From Macrostomum lignano (taxonomy: Eukaryota): a stretch of 64,000 nt of DNA. Position 1 is the stretch's first letter. Each line of letters opens with the position of its first letter. Both the position numbers and the translations under genes were made by a program. The notes under the pieces were generated by a model that saw nothing but the letters and a program-made list of their open reading frames with translations, did no database searches and was not told the DNA's origin. The stretch spans positions 33,826-97,825 of the forward strand of contig NIVC01003436.1 in NCBI GenBank assembly GCA_002269645.1, given 5' to 3'. Shown here piece by piece: positions 49,439-62,190 of the stretch.

Positions 49439-52400
49439 ATGAGGACATTAATCTTCATCGCCATCTCGATCATCGTTGTTGCGGGTAAGCATCGGTTCTG
49501 TGCTGATCTGTGTGTTTATCAATTAGGCACTTGGATTGAGAAACTGCATTCTGTGCTGATCTGTGTGTTTATCAATTAGGCACTCAGATTGAGAAACTCC
49601 ATTCTGTGCAGATCTGTGTGTTTATCAATTAGGCACTCAGATTGAGAAACTCCACTCTGTGCAGATCTGTGTGTTTATCAATTAGGCACTCAGATTGAGA
49701 AACTCCATTCTGTGCAGATCTGTGTGTTTATCAATTAGGCACTCAGATTGAGAAACTCCATCCTGTGCTGATCTGTGTGTTTATCAATTAGGCACTCAGA
49801 TTGAGAAACTCCACTCTGTGCAGATCTGTGTGTTTATCAATTAGGCACTCGGATTGAGAAACTCCATTTTGTGCAGATCTGTGTGTTTATCAATTAGGCA
49901 CTCAGATTGAGAAACTCCATTTTGTGCAGATCTGTGTGTTTATCAATTAGGCACTCAGATTGAGAAACTCCATCCTGTGCTGATCTGTGTGTTTATCAAT
50001 TAGGCACTCAGATTGAGAAACTCCATTTTGTGCAGATCTGTGTGTTTATCAATTAGGCACTCAGATTGAGAAACTCCATTCTGTGCAGATCTGTGTGTTT
50101 ATCAATTAGGCACTCTGATTGAGAAACTCCATTCTGTGCTGATCTGTGTGTTTATCAATTAGGCACTCAGATTGAGAAACTCCATTCTGTGCAGATCTGT
50201 GTGTTTATCAATTAGGCACTCAGATTGAGAAACTCCATTCTGTGCAGATCTGTGTGTTTATCAATTAGGCACTCAGATTGAGAAACTCCATTCTGTGCTA
50301 ATCTGTGTGTTTATCAATTATGCACTCAGATTGAGAAACTCCATTCTGTGCTAATCTGTGTGTTTATCAATTATGCACTCAGATTGAGAAACTCCATTCT
50401 GTGCTAATCTGTGTGTTTATCAATTAGGCACTCAGATTGAGGAAACTCCATCCTGTGCTAATCTGTGTGTTTATCAATTATGCACTCAGATTGAGAAACT
50501 CCATTCTGTGCTAATCTGTGTGTTTATCAATTATGCACTCAGATTGAGAAACTCCATTCTGTGCTAATCTGTGTGTTTATCAATTAGGCACTCAGATTGA
50601 GGAAACTCCATCCTGTGCTAATCTGTGTGTTTATCAATTAGGCACTCAGATTGAGGAAACTCCATCCTGTGCTAATCTGTGTGTTTATCAATTATGCACT
50701 CAGATTAAGAAACTCCATCCCATGGTTAGGGGGTCCAGTGAGAAATTTTTTTTTCAAAACTCAAATTTTTAACTATGCCATGTTGTAGCCCTGGATGTTA
50801 TGAGTGAAATGATACTAGACTTTTGAAAATTGATCGAGTAGTAAAAAAATTATGAAGTTTTTCGTTTCAAAAAAATGGTGTTTTTTTCCTATCTCAAATA
50901 CACTAAAAACTGTGCCATTTTTAGGCAAAAAAGCATGTTTTTTGCAGTTAAATGTCTGTAACTTTTTTATTTCATAACCGATTTTAGTGTTTTAGGTGTT
51001 ATTTTGTAGATTTTTGTTACCATAACATTTTCTGATAATTTTGTACATATACACTGTTCTATATATGCAGATATCTGGGGATTAAGACAGAAAAAGGGAA
51101 GAAAATTTTTTTTCTAGAGTACCACTTTTTGGCTTTATCATGGTATTCTTTCTATTAACCTTAATTTGTATTACCTTCATGTTAAAGTAATACTTGTATA
51201 CTATAATTAGTAAGATTTTTGACTTTCTACTGTAAGTAGTATGCAAATAGTTGACCATTATTTCCATGAAAATGGGTCTTCTAAAGTACCACACTGGTTG
51301 TCAAAAATCGATGTAGCTCCTGACAATCTTAATCTTCTATCTTCATGCTGAAGTCATTAAAAACTTTTTTGTAGTCCATCTGACAATTGTAATGAATCAA
51401 TGCTTTACTAAGTAATATGTTACTAAATCATGTACTTTCATGTTTGAAAAGGCCATGCCCGAATTCAGCAATTGAATCTACCTTTACAGTTTACCTGGAT
51501 TATTTGATTCATTTACTTGTTCACTGTGTCCACTTTTCAGCACAATAGCTTTCCGTTGTAATCCAGTCAATTTGTCTGCTACCAATTCATCTGCAGTCAG
51601 CTTGTCAGCAAATATCTGAATGAGAATTTCGTCTGCTATGCTGGCCTTCTCATTGTACTATGAGTCTACTACAGTACTACAACTGTAGCTACTACAGTCA
51701 AGCCAGTCAGGCATGATCGAGACAATGTTACAGGGTGGGTTTCAGGGCTTTGACACGAATGTATAGGTCGCATCATCGGCAGTGTCAAGGGTGTCAGCTG
51801 CATCAGCCGGCAGGCAGTCAATAAAATGCGAGTGCGTGCCTTTCCTCTCCAGTATTACAGTGCCTACAGCATAGCAGCATCAGCACCAGCTGCGGGCAAT
51901 ACGAATCGGCTTGGTTGACATGGCCTGGCAGCTGGAGACTGGAGTCGCCAACTGCGCAACAGTTTGCTAAGACGGACACCAGTTCGGCGATAAAGTGTCG
52001 CATTGATGACTCGCTCGTAGCTAATCTAACAATCTTGGGGGCAGTACACTACACAGCGTGATTACATTGTATATGTACATGTACATTATGAGAGTATGAC
52101 ACTCGATTCGTCTGCTCCCGTTTTCATTCCCAGTCAGTTTGTCTGCCAGAAGCTGAATTGACTGAGAACCCTTTTAGTCAGCTCAGCTTTTACTCAGCTG
52201 CTCCATTTGAGTGCTTTAATACTGTATTAATTAGCTTGGCAGAATGTATCAGTCTGTCTATATACACTGAACCAGACGTACTTTATAACTTTATAACCTG
52301 TGGCTGTGGCAGGCAGTAACGAAAGTGAAGGAAAAAAACGCAGGACCTGTTGAGGTCGAAGGTGCGCAAGAAAGCTGCTGGCAAGCAGAGTCCCTGGGCT

Positions 52401-54005
52401 ATCTACATGGACCAGACATTTGCCTTTCCTGCAGTGGTCCCAGCTGCAACTGCGCCAGAGTCGACTTCCAGCATGCCAGTTTGCCAACATTTCTCTGCTG
52501 CTGCTGTTGCCTCGTCCCCTTCAGAGAAGAGGGGCGCCGATGCAGGATGCAGGCCTTCAAGAAGCTTCGAAGCGCGATCTTCGGGCCCAGCTGGAATGAT
52601 CAGAGGAGACTGTGTAGAAAGCTGCACCATGAGCTTGTCAGGCGCTCATAGCAGCTACTGTATACATGTAGGTGCAGCGTGTCTGGCATCTGCAATATCT
52701 GCAAGTAAAGGATGGATTAGTGAGAAATGCATAAAAGATAAAGTATATCCTAAGTCCTGCTATCATTTTAAAAAAAATTGCATATATGACTACTTTTCAA
52801 ATGTACAACCCCTCAATGTACATTTTTCCTATCTCTGTAGTGTATTTTGCATGTACACCTGTGCCAATTATGCTTAATAACTTTGGTGTGGCAAAAGCTA
52901 TCAGGATGTGCCTTTAGGACAAAGAGTTTGGTCTGTTTTGCTATCATTTTATCGAAGAAACTAACTGGCCATTCTTTCGAGCTTCAAAAATTTCCCGATT
53001 TTTATGTCCCTTATGGGGATTTGCATGTATTTTGGCGATTTCCATTAAGCATACTGCGGCAAGAGTTACACTCATCCTGTCTAGCCTAAAAGTTTTATTT
53101 TGTCACTAGAAGTAAGTAGCAAAAAGAATTAGGGTGGCCGCTTTTTCCATTCAAAAGTTATGACCATTTTAAATTTTACATGTACATGTACATATTTTTG
53201 AACAAAAAAGTTTGCTTAAAATGACCTGCAGGAAGTTACCTACACCCAATGTGCAAGCATTCTTACCAGTTATGCACTCATTTACTAAAAAACGAATCCT
53301 CCCGACCCCACATTTTCAAGCAAATTCGGCACAGTTTTGAAAATGTATGAAAATGTATACGATCTTTGATAGTCTGTATCTTTGTAATCGTATGTCCTAA
53401 ACATGTTAACTATATGTCGTTTAAAATATCTGTTTACCTTCTTTTCAATGAATATAAGAACATTGTCATATCTTAAATATTTAAAAAGTTATAGCCATTT
53501 AAAGAAGACCACTTTTTTACTGTTTTTCGGTTTTGCACACACTAAAAATAGGCTCACTGGACACCCTACCATGGTTGCAACAGGGAGCCGCTAGAGGAGC
53601 TTAGGGATTCAGATGTGAAAGGATAAAGAAATGAAATAATCAATAGATATTCCTTTTCCATGCACTCGCACTCATTTCTCTTACCTCTTCACTCCTCCAT
53701 TTACAGGATTTGCGGAATGCTGTCCGAATCGGATTCGAAATGTAGCTAAAGGTGCAGCTCGAAAATTTTCGAGTCCTTCTCTGCGCAGAAGCCAAGCTAA
53801 CCCGATGGACGCTTCAAGGGTCCAGCAGTATGCGCATGATCAATTCCATAAGCATAAAAAGGCATGGTTAAAGGTGGTGCAAAGGCTGTTGTCCAGTGCG
53901 CTCGTAAACACATGGCTTGCGGCAATTCCGGAACCAGCTCCGAATGCTGTAGGCCCCTTTGAGTGTCAAAAAGACCCATCTTCGCAGGAATACCAATGCG
54001 TGTGA
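49439..54005 (+). CDS. Small secreted protein (114 aa); exons 49439-49484 and 53707-54005
   Basis: Exon 1 encodes a signal peptide MRTLIFIAISIIVVA-G ending at a gtaagc donor. Exon 2 follows ctcctccatttacag in matching phase: GFAEC/CPNRIRNV...GPFECQKDPSSQEYQCV*. The join is inferred; intermediate exons are not excluded. Confidence 0.65.
49490..50720. repeat. 53-bp intronic minisatellite
   Basis: TTCTGTGCTGATCTGTGTGTTTATCAATTAGGCACTCAGATTGAGAAACTCCA, about 23 copies. Confidence 0.97.
50727..53568. mobile_element. TAGGG-ended DNA transposon (hAT-like), decayed or non-autonomous, about 2.8 kb, intronic
   Basis: 16-bp TIR TAGGGGGTCCAGTGAG / CTCACTGGACACCCTA (1 mismatch). Flanking direct repeat CCATGGT(T) at 50720 and 53569 (7 bp, or 8 bp counting the first TIR base). 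No intact transposase seen. Confidence 0.7.
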
Positions 54006-55609
54006 AACTGGTGCAGGATTTAAAACATTAATTGACAATAATAAATTCTCAATGCTGATTATTAGTACTACCATATATCCCCATCAAAACTAAACAATAT
54101 TTTTACTAGTAATCAAAATAAAAAATAAACAAAGACAGAACCGACCAATCTAATGTTCTAATGTTGTTAAAATAAAGTAAAAAATTGACTAAATTTTACT
54201 TGTCTTAAAAAGCTCTGCAAGCTTTGTACTTGATGCCAGTAGATGAACTGGCTAAAATGTACTTGTAAATAAAGTGAATCTTACATTTTGAATCCAAATA
54301 ACTTCCACAATTGAGTTTATAGAAGCAGGATTGAGCCTGATCAAGGATTTCTCCATAACTATAACCTGGAATCAGGGACTACTAAATGACTTGAGTATTG
54401 AGTAGTCCCTGCGCGGAATGTAGATGAGAAACCTGTGTGTGGGGCGTACCAACTGAGGCCTACCTACGAGTGCAATTCTGGCCCAGTCTTCCACACCAAA
54501 GCAGCCAAGTTTTCCTGCCTAATTCTGACTAAATATTAATTTTATAGTTTCAGTACATAGCTTCCATGTTATGTAGTGCATGCGCCCTTGTCGGTTGGCG
54601 GGGCGCGTTGCACTTTGGGGCTGGCTAGGGGGGTTGGCGGGCGTGGCAGGGTCTGGCCGCCGGCCGGGCTTTGCGCGTGCCCCTCCCCCCCTAGACGGGG
54701 TTTTGATTGGCTGGCCGGCGCGGCCAGTCTCTATTTTTTGTGTAGTTTGTTTGTTTTAGTGGGCTTAGCCGGGGGGCCGTCTGCCCCACGGTTTGGTTGT
54801 TATTTATAGTGCGGCTCTGGGTTTTGCCCACGCGCTGCGTGCTTTTTGTGTTTCCCTTTGTGTTTCCTTGCCAAGAAACACAAGAGCCTAATTGAGACGA
54901 GTCTTTGAGAATTGAGAAGTCAGAAACTGTGCTTGAGACCAACGATAAAAATCAATAAACGTACGAACGGCAATTCGGCCACTGGTAAGCCACCTGCTGC
55001 TTGAGTTCATTCTTTTCTGGGGAGCTTGTTAGGCTGAGTTCTTGCCAGAGCGTCATAACGCCGGGAGAGCATATATAGCTTATTGTAGTACAGTACCGGC
55101 TACTCTATAGAGTGTACAACCTACAGTATCGAGGTTAGAAGCACTCGAGAGTGTCATCACACCTCGAGCCGCAGCGTGAACTCTGAGTGTCACAACACCA
55201 GAGGGATCGAACTATTATCGCAGAGCGTCGTCACGCCTGCTCGTATCCATAAAAGTACATACAGAGCGTCACTACGCCTGTTTCATGACGTATAGTATAT
55301 ATTGTACTCGGAACTGGGCACCCAAACCGACTCGGGTTACGACAGTTACCAGCGTACATTGATTTTGGATCATTTTTTGCTATTGAAGCTTATTAGTTAA
55401 TGTGATCTTAGACATTTAGTATAGGTGGATGACGGCTATGTAAATTCTCATAAATAAATCAGTCGTTGCCGAATATTAATTCTAGACTTTAGCGAAAAAT
55501 GGGAGCTGAGCGTTGATGAGGCGCCAGTTTGAGCATTGATTTAAGCTATTTGGGTCAGGGGTTCGAGTTGCTGTATGCGGTCTAAATGGATTTCAATCTA
55601 CACTAATCA

Positions 55610-55750
55610 ACAGCATCACTCATCGCCAGCATCACTGATCCCCAGCATCACTAATCCCCACGATCACTAATCCCTAGCATCACTGATCTCCAGCATCACT
55701 AATCGCCAGCTTCACTCATCCCCAGCATCACTAATCCTCATCCTCACTAT
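55610..55750. repeat. 16-bp minisatellite, reverse-complement relative of the Pcl intron 3 repeat
   Basis: CCCAGCATCACTAATC is the reverse complement of GATTAGTGATGCTGGG. Confidence 0.85.
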
Positions 55751-56381
55751 TCCTGAATTATAATTTACTGCTCCATTCAGGCTCTGTGAGTGCGAGTAAA
55801 AAAACAATTTTCCCGGCCATTACTCTCAGTAGTTGAGTAGGCCGGTACCATCGCTAATCACAGGCTCAAAAGCTTGGTGCCGTGGACTCCCGATTGAAGT
55901 CCTAAGCTGTGGCTTATGCCTAACATGCAGGTCCCCCGCAGCATACCTCCCAGTCCCCGAAGTTCCCGAATCATTTTCAGCAATGCGGGACGAAAAGGAC
56001 GGATAACATATGTAAAAAGAGCGGAGGAGATGATAAGCCAGCAAATGTATGAGTTGGGAGCATTTATGCCATCTCTAATTATATTTGCAAGCGGAAAAGG
56101 TTATAGTGGCTTAATAACTTACTCGGGCACACACAAATGTAGATGGAAATGCAACTCTGCTGCTCACTGAAGAGCACCATTTTATACGCAAAGAAAAACA
56201 CTCTTTCTCATTTGACCTTTGTCGAGCTGGCTAAAACGGAATACGAGTAAGTCTGCAGCAGTTCTAATTGCACATGGAGTATTCCAGTCCATCTGCTGAC
56301 AGAGGTTCTCCTACAGAAAACTGAAGTGCAGATAAACTCGCTGAGTACTTGGGTCCTGAGCACACAGTGCAGCTATTCAAG

Positions 56382-57023
56382 CTAAGGCATGAGCAGTTGC
56401 CGATGCCAGACCAGCCTCAGAGCCGGCGCTGTCACCAATGAGAGAACGGACACCAGGGCGGTCGGTCGGGTCACCGAGCTGCTCACAGAAACTGCCTCAT
56501 CGCTGAGAAGCTTTGACCCTTTTATAGAAGTATACGGTCTCGCATTTGGATCTCCGTATTCCCAATAGTCGCCCCTGTTGTTGCACAGGTCGGTGTGGCA
56601 GCGGCGGCAACTTTCCCAGCCAAGTTGCTCGCAGTCCTCCCCGCAGCCAACCATTATTGCCTGAAACTGGAGCAGGGTGTGGAAGATCGAATAGCTTTGT
56701 TGGGATCAATGCGAAAGCTGCGATTCTGACAGCTCAGCTCAGAACAGACGCAAAGAGTTTGAGTAAACTCGACAACTTACAGTGTCGTAAACAAGACCAG
56801 TGGAACAGCCATGTTTTCTGGGACACTGCATCGCAACCGGATGAATAACCTCTCCATCTTCAAAGTTCTGTGTTGCGTAGCAAGTGATTAAATTCGGAAG
56901 TTCCGGTACCAGTTCCTTGGCGAATTTGTCGTTGCACAAATTTGTGGTGCATTCGCGACAATCGAACACGCTCGGATCCCTGATATACCACTCTGGACAG
57001 TGTCCGCAGCGCACAAGCAATTG
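56382..57023 (-). CDS. 3' exons (57023-56781, 56660-56382) of a Cys-rich Ly6/uPAR three-finger-like, probably GPI-anchored surface protein; 5' exons not located
   Basis: Two C..C.T.LCN terminal motifs (CRECTTNLCN, CRRCHTDLCN). The second module starts ITCY. In-frame gtaagt...tttcag intron. Ser/Thr spacer then a hydrophobic C-terminal tail. Confidence 0.7.
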
Positions 57024-57219
57024 CTGAAGTGTAAGATATTTTAAAATGCCTGTTTGTAGCCATTAAATATTCGCTGATAAGATCATCGCCTGTTTCGTAA
57101 TGGTTTTAGCTATGGGGCTAGAATTCCACGATATTACTTGGGACTAAGCGGTCTTATTCTAGATAGTTTCCGACTAATTCTATTTGCAAACTTATTCTAT
57201 TTGCAAATCGGTGCAAGTA

Positions 57220-57590
57220 GATGCCGCGAACTGCCCGTGGGGAACTCGAAGAGCCGCGCTTAACTGCTGCGCCAACAGCGGCAAGACCAAGCGAGGGCAG
57301 CGAAGCGAGCGCTCGCGAGTTGAACGTCGGCGTGAGCGAAACCGGCGAGGTCAGCAATGCGGTTCCGCCCCTCGAGCTGCTGCCATCCTTGGCCAATCGG
57401 ATCTTCTGGGTGGCGCCGGGGACCGTGAGGCTCACTGTCATCGAGCCCCAGCGGTATCACAGGGACGCTTCAGGTCAGGACGTTGAACTTCCGCCCTCTC
57501 AACGCCGCCTGGCGGAGAGGACTGTTGGCGCATCCACCGCTCGACTTAAGCTGTGACGTCATCGCGCTGCAAGAGGTTCCATCAGGGCCC
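57220..57590 (+). mobile_element. Fragment of a non-LTR retrotransposon 5' region with the start of the APE endonuclease
   Basis: RTLNFRPLNAAWRRGLLAH..LDLSCDVIALQEV (57477-57578) matches APE motifs I and II (TxNV...D.IALQE). Confidence 0.6.
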
Positions 57591-58614
57591 ACTGAGGAAC
57601 TCATTGTGAGGAACTGGGCGCCAGTCGAACCCTCTGGTACACATGTCGGCGGACCAATAAAGCCGTGGGAGAGTTGGGAACCTGATCGGAGAAAGGCTGC
57701 AGCAGAGTTGTCGCTAGCATCTCCCTGTCTGACTGGCTGCTTCGGGTCAACGTCCGGCTTCGTGGTCGGAACGCTCATCTGTTCTGCGCCTAAGCGCCTC
57801 CTGCTATCCGACCTGACGAGGCTCAAGTCTTTTTCAAACAGCTCTCGACGCAGGTGGAGGAGAGGGCGCAGTGTGACACAGTGGTCTTTATAAAGACTTT
57901 GCCACTGTTGACTTGCTTGACTCGCTGACAACTTTGTTGTTGTTCGAGCTGGTTCTGTCGTCTGTCTACTGTTGTATAAATCCTAAGCACTCAACAAAAT
58001 TTCTCTTTTGAAAACGCATCTCTCTAATACGCTCGTAGCTCTTCCTATTCTTTAGTAGAGTTGCTCGCTTAATTAATAGCAAATAAATAAAGCTTAAAAT
58101 CAACAGTTACGGCAAAAACCACTTTTGTCGTTTGTTACCCTCCCGTTTTCAATTTGACACTTTCAGCAGTGGGCAGCAGTGGGCTACATAAAAACCAAGC
58201 AGCCTACAGCTATTAGCATTATAATCTATGGCCAAAACCGTTTGCAAGCTCTCACTGCCGAAAAAATACATTAGCGAGATGGGCAAAAACCTGTTTTCTG
58301 ACAATTGAGAGGCCTCTTTAATTTGGATAGCTTATTAAAAATACGTGTACCGATTCCGGACAATTTGCCATCTAATGGTGCAAAAACGGAGAAAATCGGT
58401 CATTCCGTTCGCAAGATTTTCTGTTACAAGCAAACAAACAAACAAACAAACTCAACTTTAGTATATAAGACTAGCAATTTTCGCCCCCCGTTGGGGGACA
58501 TCTGTATAGAATCTCTGTTCTCTACAAGGAATAAGAAGATAGCCAAATAAAGCTTTCACAAAGAAAACAGACAAACTACTCAAATGAAGTGCAATGCAAA
58601 AAGAAATCATCCCA

Positions 58615-58725
58615 AGACAGCAAGCATCCCCCAGATAGCAAGCATCCCCCAGATTGCAAGCATCCCCAAAATAGCAAGCATCCCCCAGATAGATAGCATC
58701 CCCAAATAGCAAACATCCACCAGAC
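58615..58725. repeat. 18-bp minisatellite (CAAGCATCCCCCAGATAG)
   Basis: About 6 copies. Confidence 0.85.
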
Positions 58726-58799
58726 AATAAGTAGCTAGTGCGACAATTTCCTTAGCATTATAGTGGCTCCTTCAAAATTCGCTCACTTTTACGTTTGAA

Positions 58800-60270
58800 A
58801 TTGTGTATCTTTTATGTTCGACATGGTGGCTCCTTTATGTTCAACATGGTAGCTCTTTAATGTTCGACACGATGGCACTTTAATGTTTGACATGGTGGCT
58901 CTTTAATGATTGACATGGTAGCCCTTTAATGTTCAACATGGTGGCTCTTTAATGTTCGAAATGGTCGTTTTTATGTTTTACATTGTGGCTCTTTAATGCT
59001 CAACATGGTGGCTCTTTTATGTTTGAAATAAAGTCTCTTATATGTTTGACATGGTGGCTCTTTAATGTTCTACATGGTGGCTCTTTAATGTTCTACATGG
59101 TGGCTCTTTAATGTTCGACATGAAGTCATGTATATGTTTGATATAGAGTCACATATATGTTTTACATAGTGGCTCTTTTATGTTTGAAATGGTGGCTCTT
59201 TAATGTTCGATGTGGTGGCTCTTTAATGTTCGACATGGTGGCTCCTTAATGTTCGACACGATGGCTCTTTAATGTTTGACATGGTGGCTCTTTAATGTTT
59301 TACATGGTGGCTCTTTAATGTTTGACATGGTAGCTCTTTAATGTTTGACATGGTGGCTCTTTTCTGTTTGACATGATGGTTCTTTTATGTTTGAAATGAA
59401 GTCACTTATTTGTTTGACATGGTGAATCTTTTAAATGTTTTACAGGGCGGCTCTTTAATTTTCAACATGGTGGCTCTTTTATGTTCGACATAGTGGCTCC
59501 TTTATGTTCGACATGGTGGCTCTTTTATATTAGACATGGTGGCTCTTTAATGTTTGACATGGTGGCTCTTTAATGTTTGACATAGTGGCTCTTTAATATT
59601 CAACAAAGTGGCTCTTTAATGTTTGACATGGGGGGCATGGTAGCTGGCCAGGGATTGAGTATGGCTCTTTAATACTCAACAAAGTGGCTTTTTAATGTTT
59701 GACATGTTGACTCTCTAATGTTCAAAATGGTGGCTCTTTAATGTTTGACATGGTGGCTCTTTAATGTTCAACATAGTGGCTCTTTTATGTTTGACATGGT
59801 GGCTTCTTTATGTTTGACATGGTGGCTCTTTAATGTTCGACACGATGGCACTTTAATGTTTGACATGGTGGCTCTTTTATATTAGACATGGTGGCTCTTT
59901 TATGTTCTACATGGTGGCTCTTTAATGTTTGACATGGTGACTCTTTAATGTTCAAAATGGGGGCTCTTTAATGTTTGACATGGTGGCTCTATAATGTTCA
60001 AAATGGTGGCTTTTTAATGTTCGACATGGTGGCTCTTTTAGGTTTGAAATGGGTGGCCTTATAATGTTTGACATTGTGGCTTGTTAATGTTCGACTTGGT
60101 GGCTCTTTTAGGTTTGAAATGGTGGCTCTTTAATATTTGACATGGTGGCTCTTTAATGTTTGACAAGGTGGCTCTTTAATATTTGACATGGTGGCTCTTT
60201 AATGTTTGACATGGTGGCTCTTTTATGTTCGACATGGTGGCTCTTCTATATTTGACATTGCGCTTCTTTT
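58800..60270. repeat. 23-bp degenerate minisatellite (CATGGTGGCTCTTTAATGTTTGA)
   Basis: About 60 diverged copies. Confidence 0.95.
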
Positions 60271-60320
60271 ATGATTAGCAATTTTTTCTTTTCAAAGTGT
60301 TTTAATAAAAAATCATTTTG

Positions 60321-60384
60321 CGCTACTAAGATTCGAACCCAGGTCGCTACATTAGCAGTCCAGTCTGTTCGCATCTAGGCTATC
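60321..60384 (-). pseudogene. tRNA-derived remnant or SINE head (tRNA-Ser(GCU)-like anticodon arm)
   Basis: Minus strand GATAGCCTAG...GGACTGCTAAT...GGGTTCGAATC shows an A-box-like and a B-box motif, but it does not fold as a full cloverleaf. Confidence 0.5.
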
Positions 60385-61384
60385 TCTTTTTAATTGGAGA
60401 ACATGAATTGTGGCCCTTATAATTCAATTCTTACAGCAAGTCAATTGGAGTAAAAAGTTATGACATAATCAATTTCTCAGTCAGCCAGTATCAGTCTCAA
60501 TTCAAGTTAGCAATATGGTTACGCAATTTTAACCAAGTTGTGTGTGCATTTCTTCGACACTGTTTTCAATTTGTTGTGATGCAATCTTTATCAGAATTGA
60601 AATTCAGCCAGTCAGTTTTTTCTCTAGCATTCTTACAATGCATTTCAAGTCGAAAATTTTGCTTGACCTTTGCAAAAAAGCATGTTTTTCGAATATTTAA
60701 TCCCTTTAACATTGAGCAATTTCTTAGCCAAGATGCATGTACCGTCCCAGGAAAATTTCTGATTGAATGGTACAAGTTTGAAGAAAATCGGTTGAGACAA
60801 TTTTTCTGAAATCTATCGCATAGCTAGATACAGACAACTCATTTTTAGTATATAGGACTAGCCATTTAGCCCCCCGCTGGGGAGCCTTGAAAATGACACC
60901 AATTGGTTTTTATTTTGGCACAAGAGTAACCTCACTATAATCATCCAAAATTTTGATTTCCAATAATCAAAAATTACCTTTTCTCATTTTGGCAGAAATA
61001 AATTGTCGTCAATCCGAATTTTATTAGCCAAAAAAGTTTCGTTCATCAGCTCAAAACCCTTTCTAAATCGGCAAATAGTGCTTATCCTTTCAAGCACAAA
61101 CTCTTGATGCATATCGTCACTGGCCGGGGCATATTCTGATCCGCAGCAGGAGCTCAATATGCAAATCCCTGACGCCCTTAGACCCTCTCTCTAGATTAGC
61201 CTAAATCAAAGGATCAAACCAGCGCAAAGGATTAAATGCGCTGGTATTTCCTATTAGCAGAAATCAGCATCACTTGTGTGTAATTTTTCATTATCTGAAT
61301 TACATGAGCTACTTGAGCCGTACTACCTGACTATCTGACAATCGCCCAACAACCTAACACCCCCCAAAAAAATTTAGGCATCGT

Positions 61385-62190
61385 CCATGAGCCTTGACGT
61401 CTCAGCAATTTCCACAGTAAGCCTTGAGATCTCAGAAATTATCCCAGTAAGCCTTGAGATCTCAGCAATTCCCCCAGTAAGCCTTGACATCTCAGCAATA
61501 CCCCCAGTAAGCCTTGACGTCTGAGGAATTCCCCGAGTAAGCCTTGAAATCTCAGCATTCCACCAGTAAGCCTTGAGATCTCAGAAATTATCCCAGTATG
61601 CCTTGACATCTCAGCAATTCCCCCAGTAAGCCTTGACATCTCAGCAATTCCCCCAGTAAGCCTTGACATCTCAGCAATTCCCCAGTAAGCCTTGACATCT
61701 CAGAAATTCCCCAAGTAAGCCTTGAGATCTCAGCAATTCCCCAGTAAGCCTTGACATCTCAGCAATACCCCCAGTAAGCCTTGACGTCTGAGGAATTCCC
61801 GAGTAAGCCTTGAAATCTCAGCATTCCCCCAGTAAGCTCTGAGATCTCAGCAATTCCCCCAGCAAGCCTTGACATCTCAGCAATTCCCCCAGTAAGCCTT
61901 GACATCTCAGTAAGCATAGAAATCTTAGCAATTCCCAGTAGGACTTGACATTTTAGCAATTCCAGTAGGACTTGACATTTTAGCAATTCCCAGAAAGCCT
62001 TGACATCTCAGCAATTCTTAGTAGGACTTGACATCTCAGCAATTCCCCCATTAAGCCTCGACATTGCAGCAATTCTCCCAGCGCAGTATTTAGCCTTGAC
62101 ATCCCAACAACCCAACTCCCCTCTCCCAAGAATTCAGCAATCCCCTTATAAGCCTTGACAACTCAGCTATTCCCCCCATGAGCTTAGATA
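61385..62190. repeat. 29-30-bp minisatellite (CCCAGTAAGCCTTGACATCTCAGCAATTCC)
   Basis: About 25 copies, degenerate at the edges. Confidence 0.93.

Larger units (their letters stand above)
58330..60885 (+). mobile_element. Tandem Helentron/DINE-1/Lep1-like non-autonomous modules carrying internal minisatellites
   Basis: Two diverged copies of the same junction: ...GAAAATCGGT...(ACAA)n or ACAGACAACTC..TTTAGTATATA(A/G)G followed by ACTAGC..TTT.GCCCCCCG.TGGGG, at about 58340-58498 and 60735-60880. Family assignment is by resemblance only. Confidence 0.5.

Noticed and set aside
54565-55345. Possible solo LTR (TG...CA, AATAAA, GC-rich U3-like start)
   Set aside because: No matching TSD, no second copy, and no PBS or PPT could be established.
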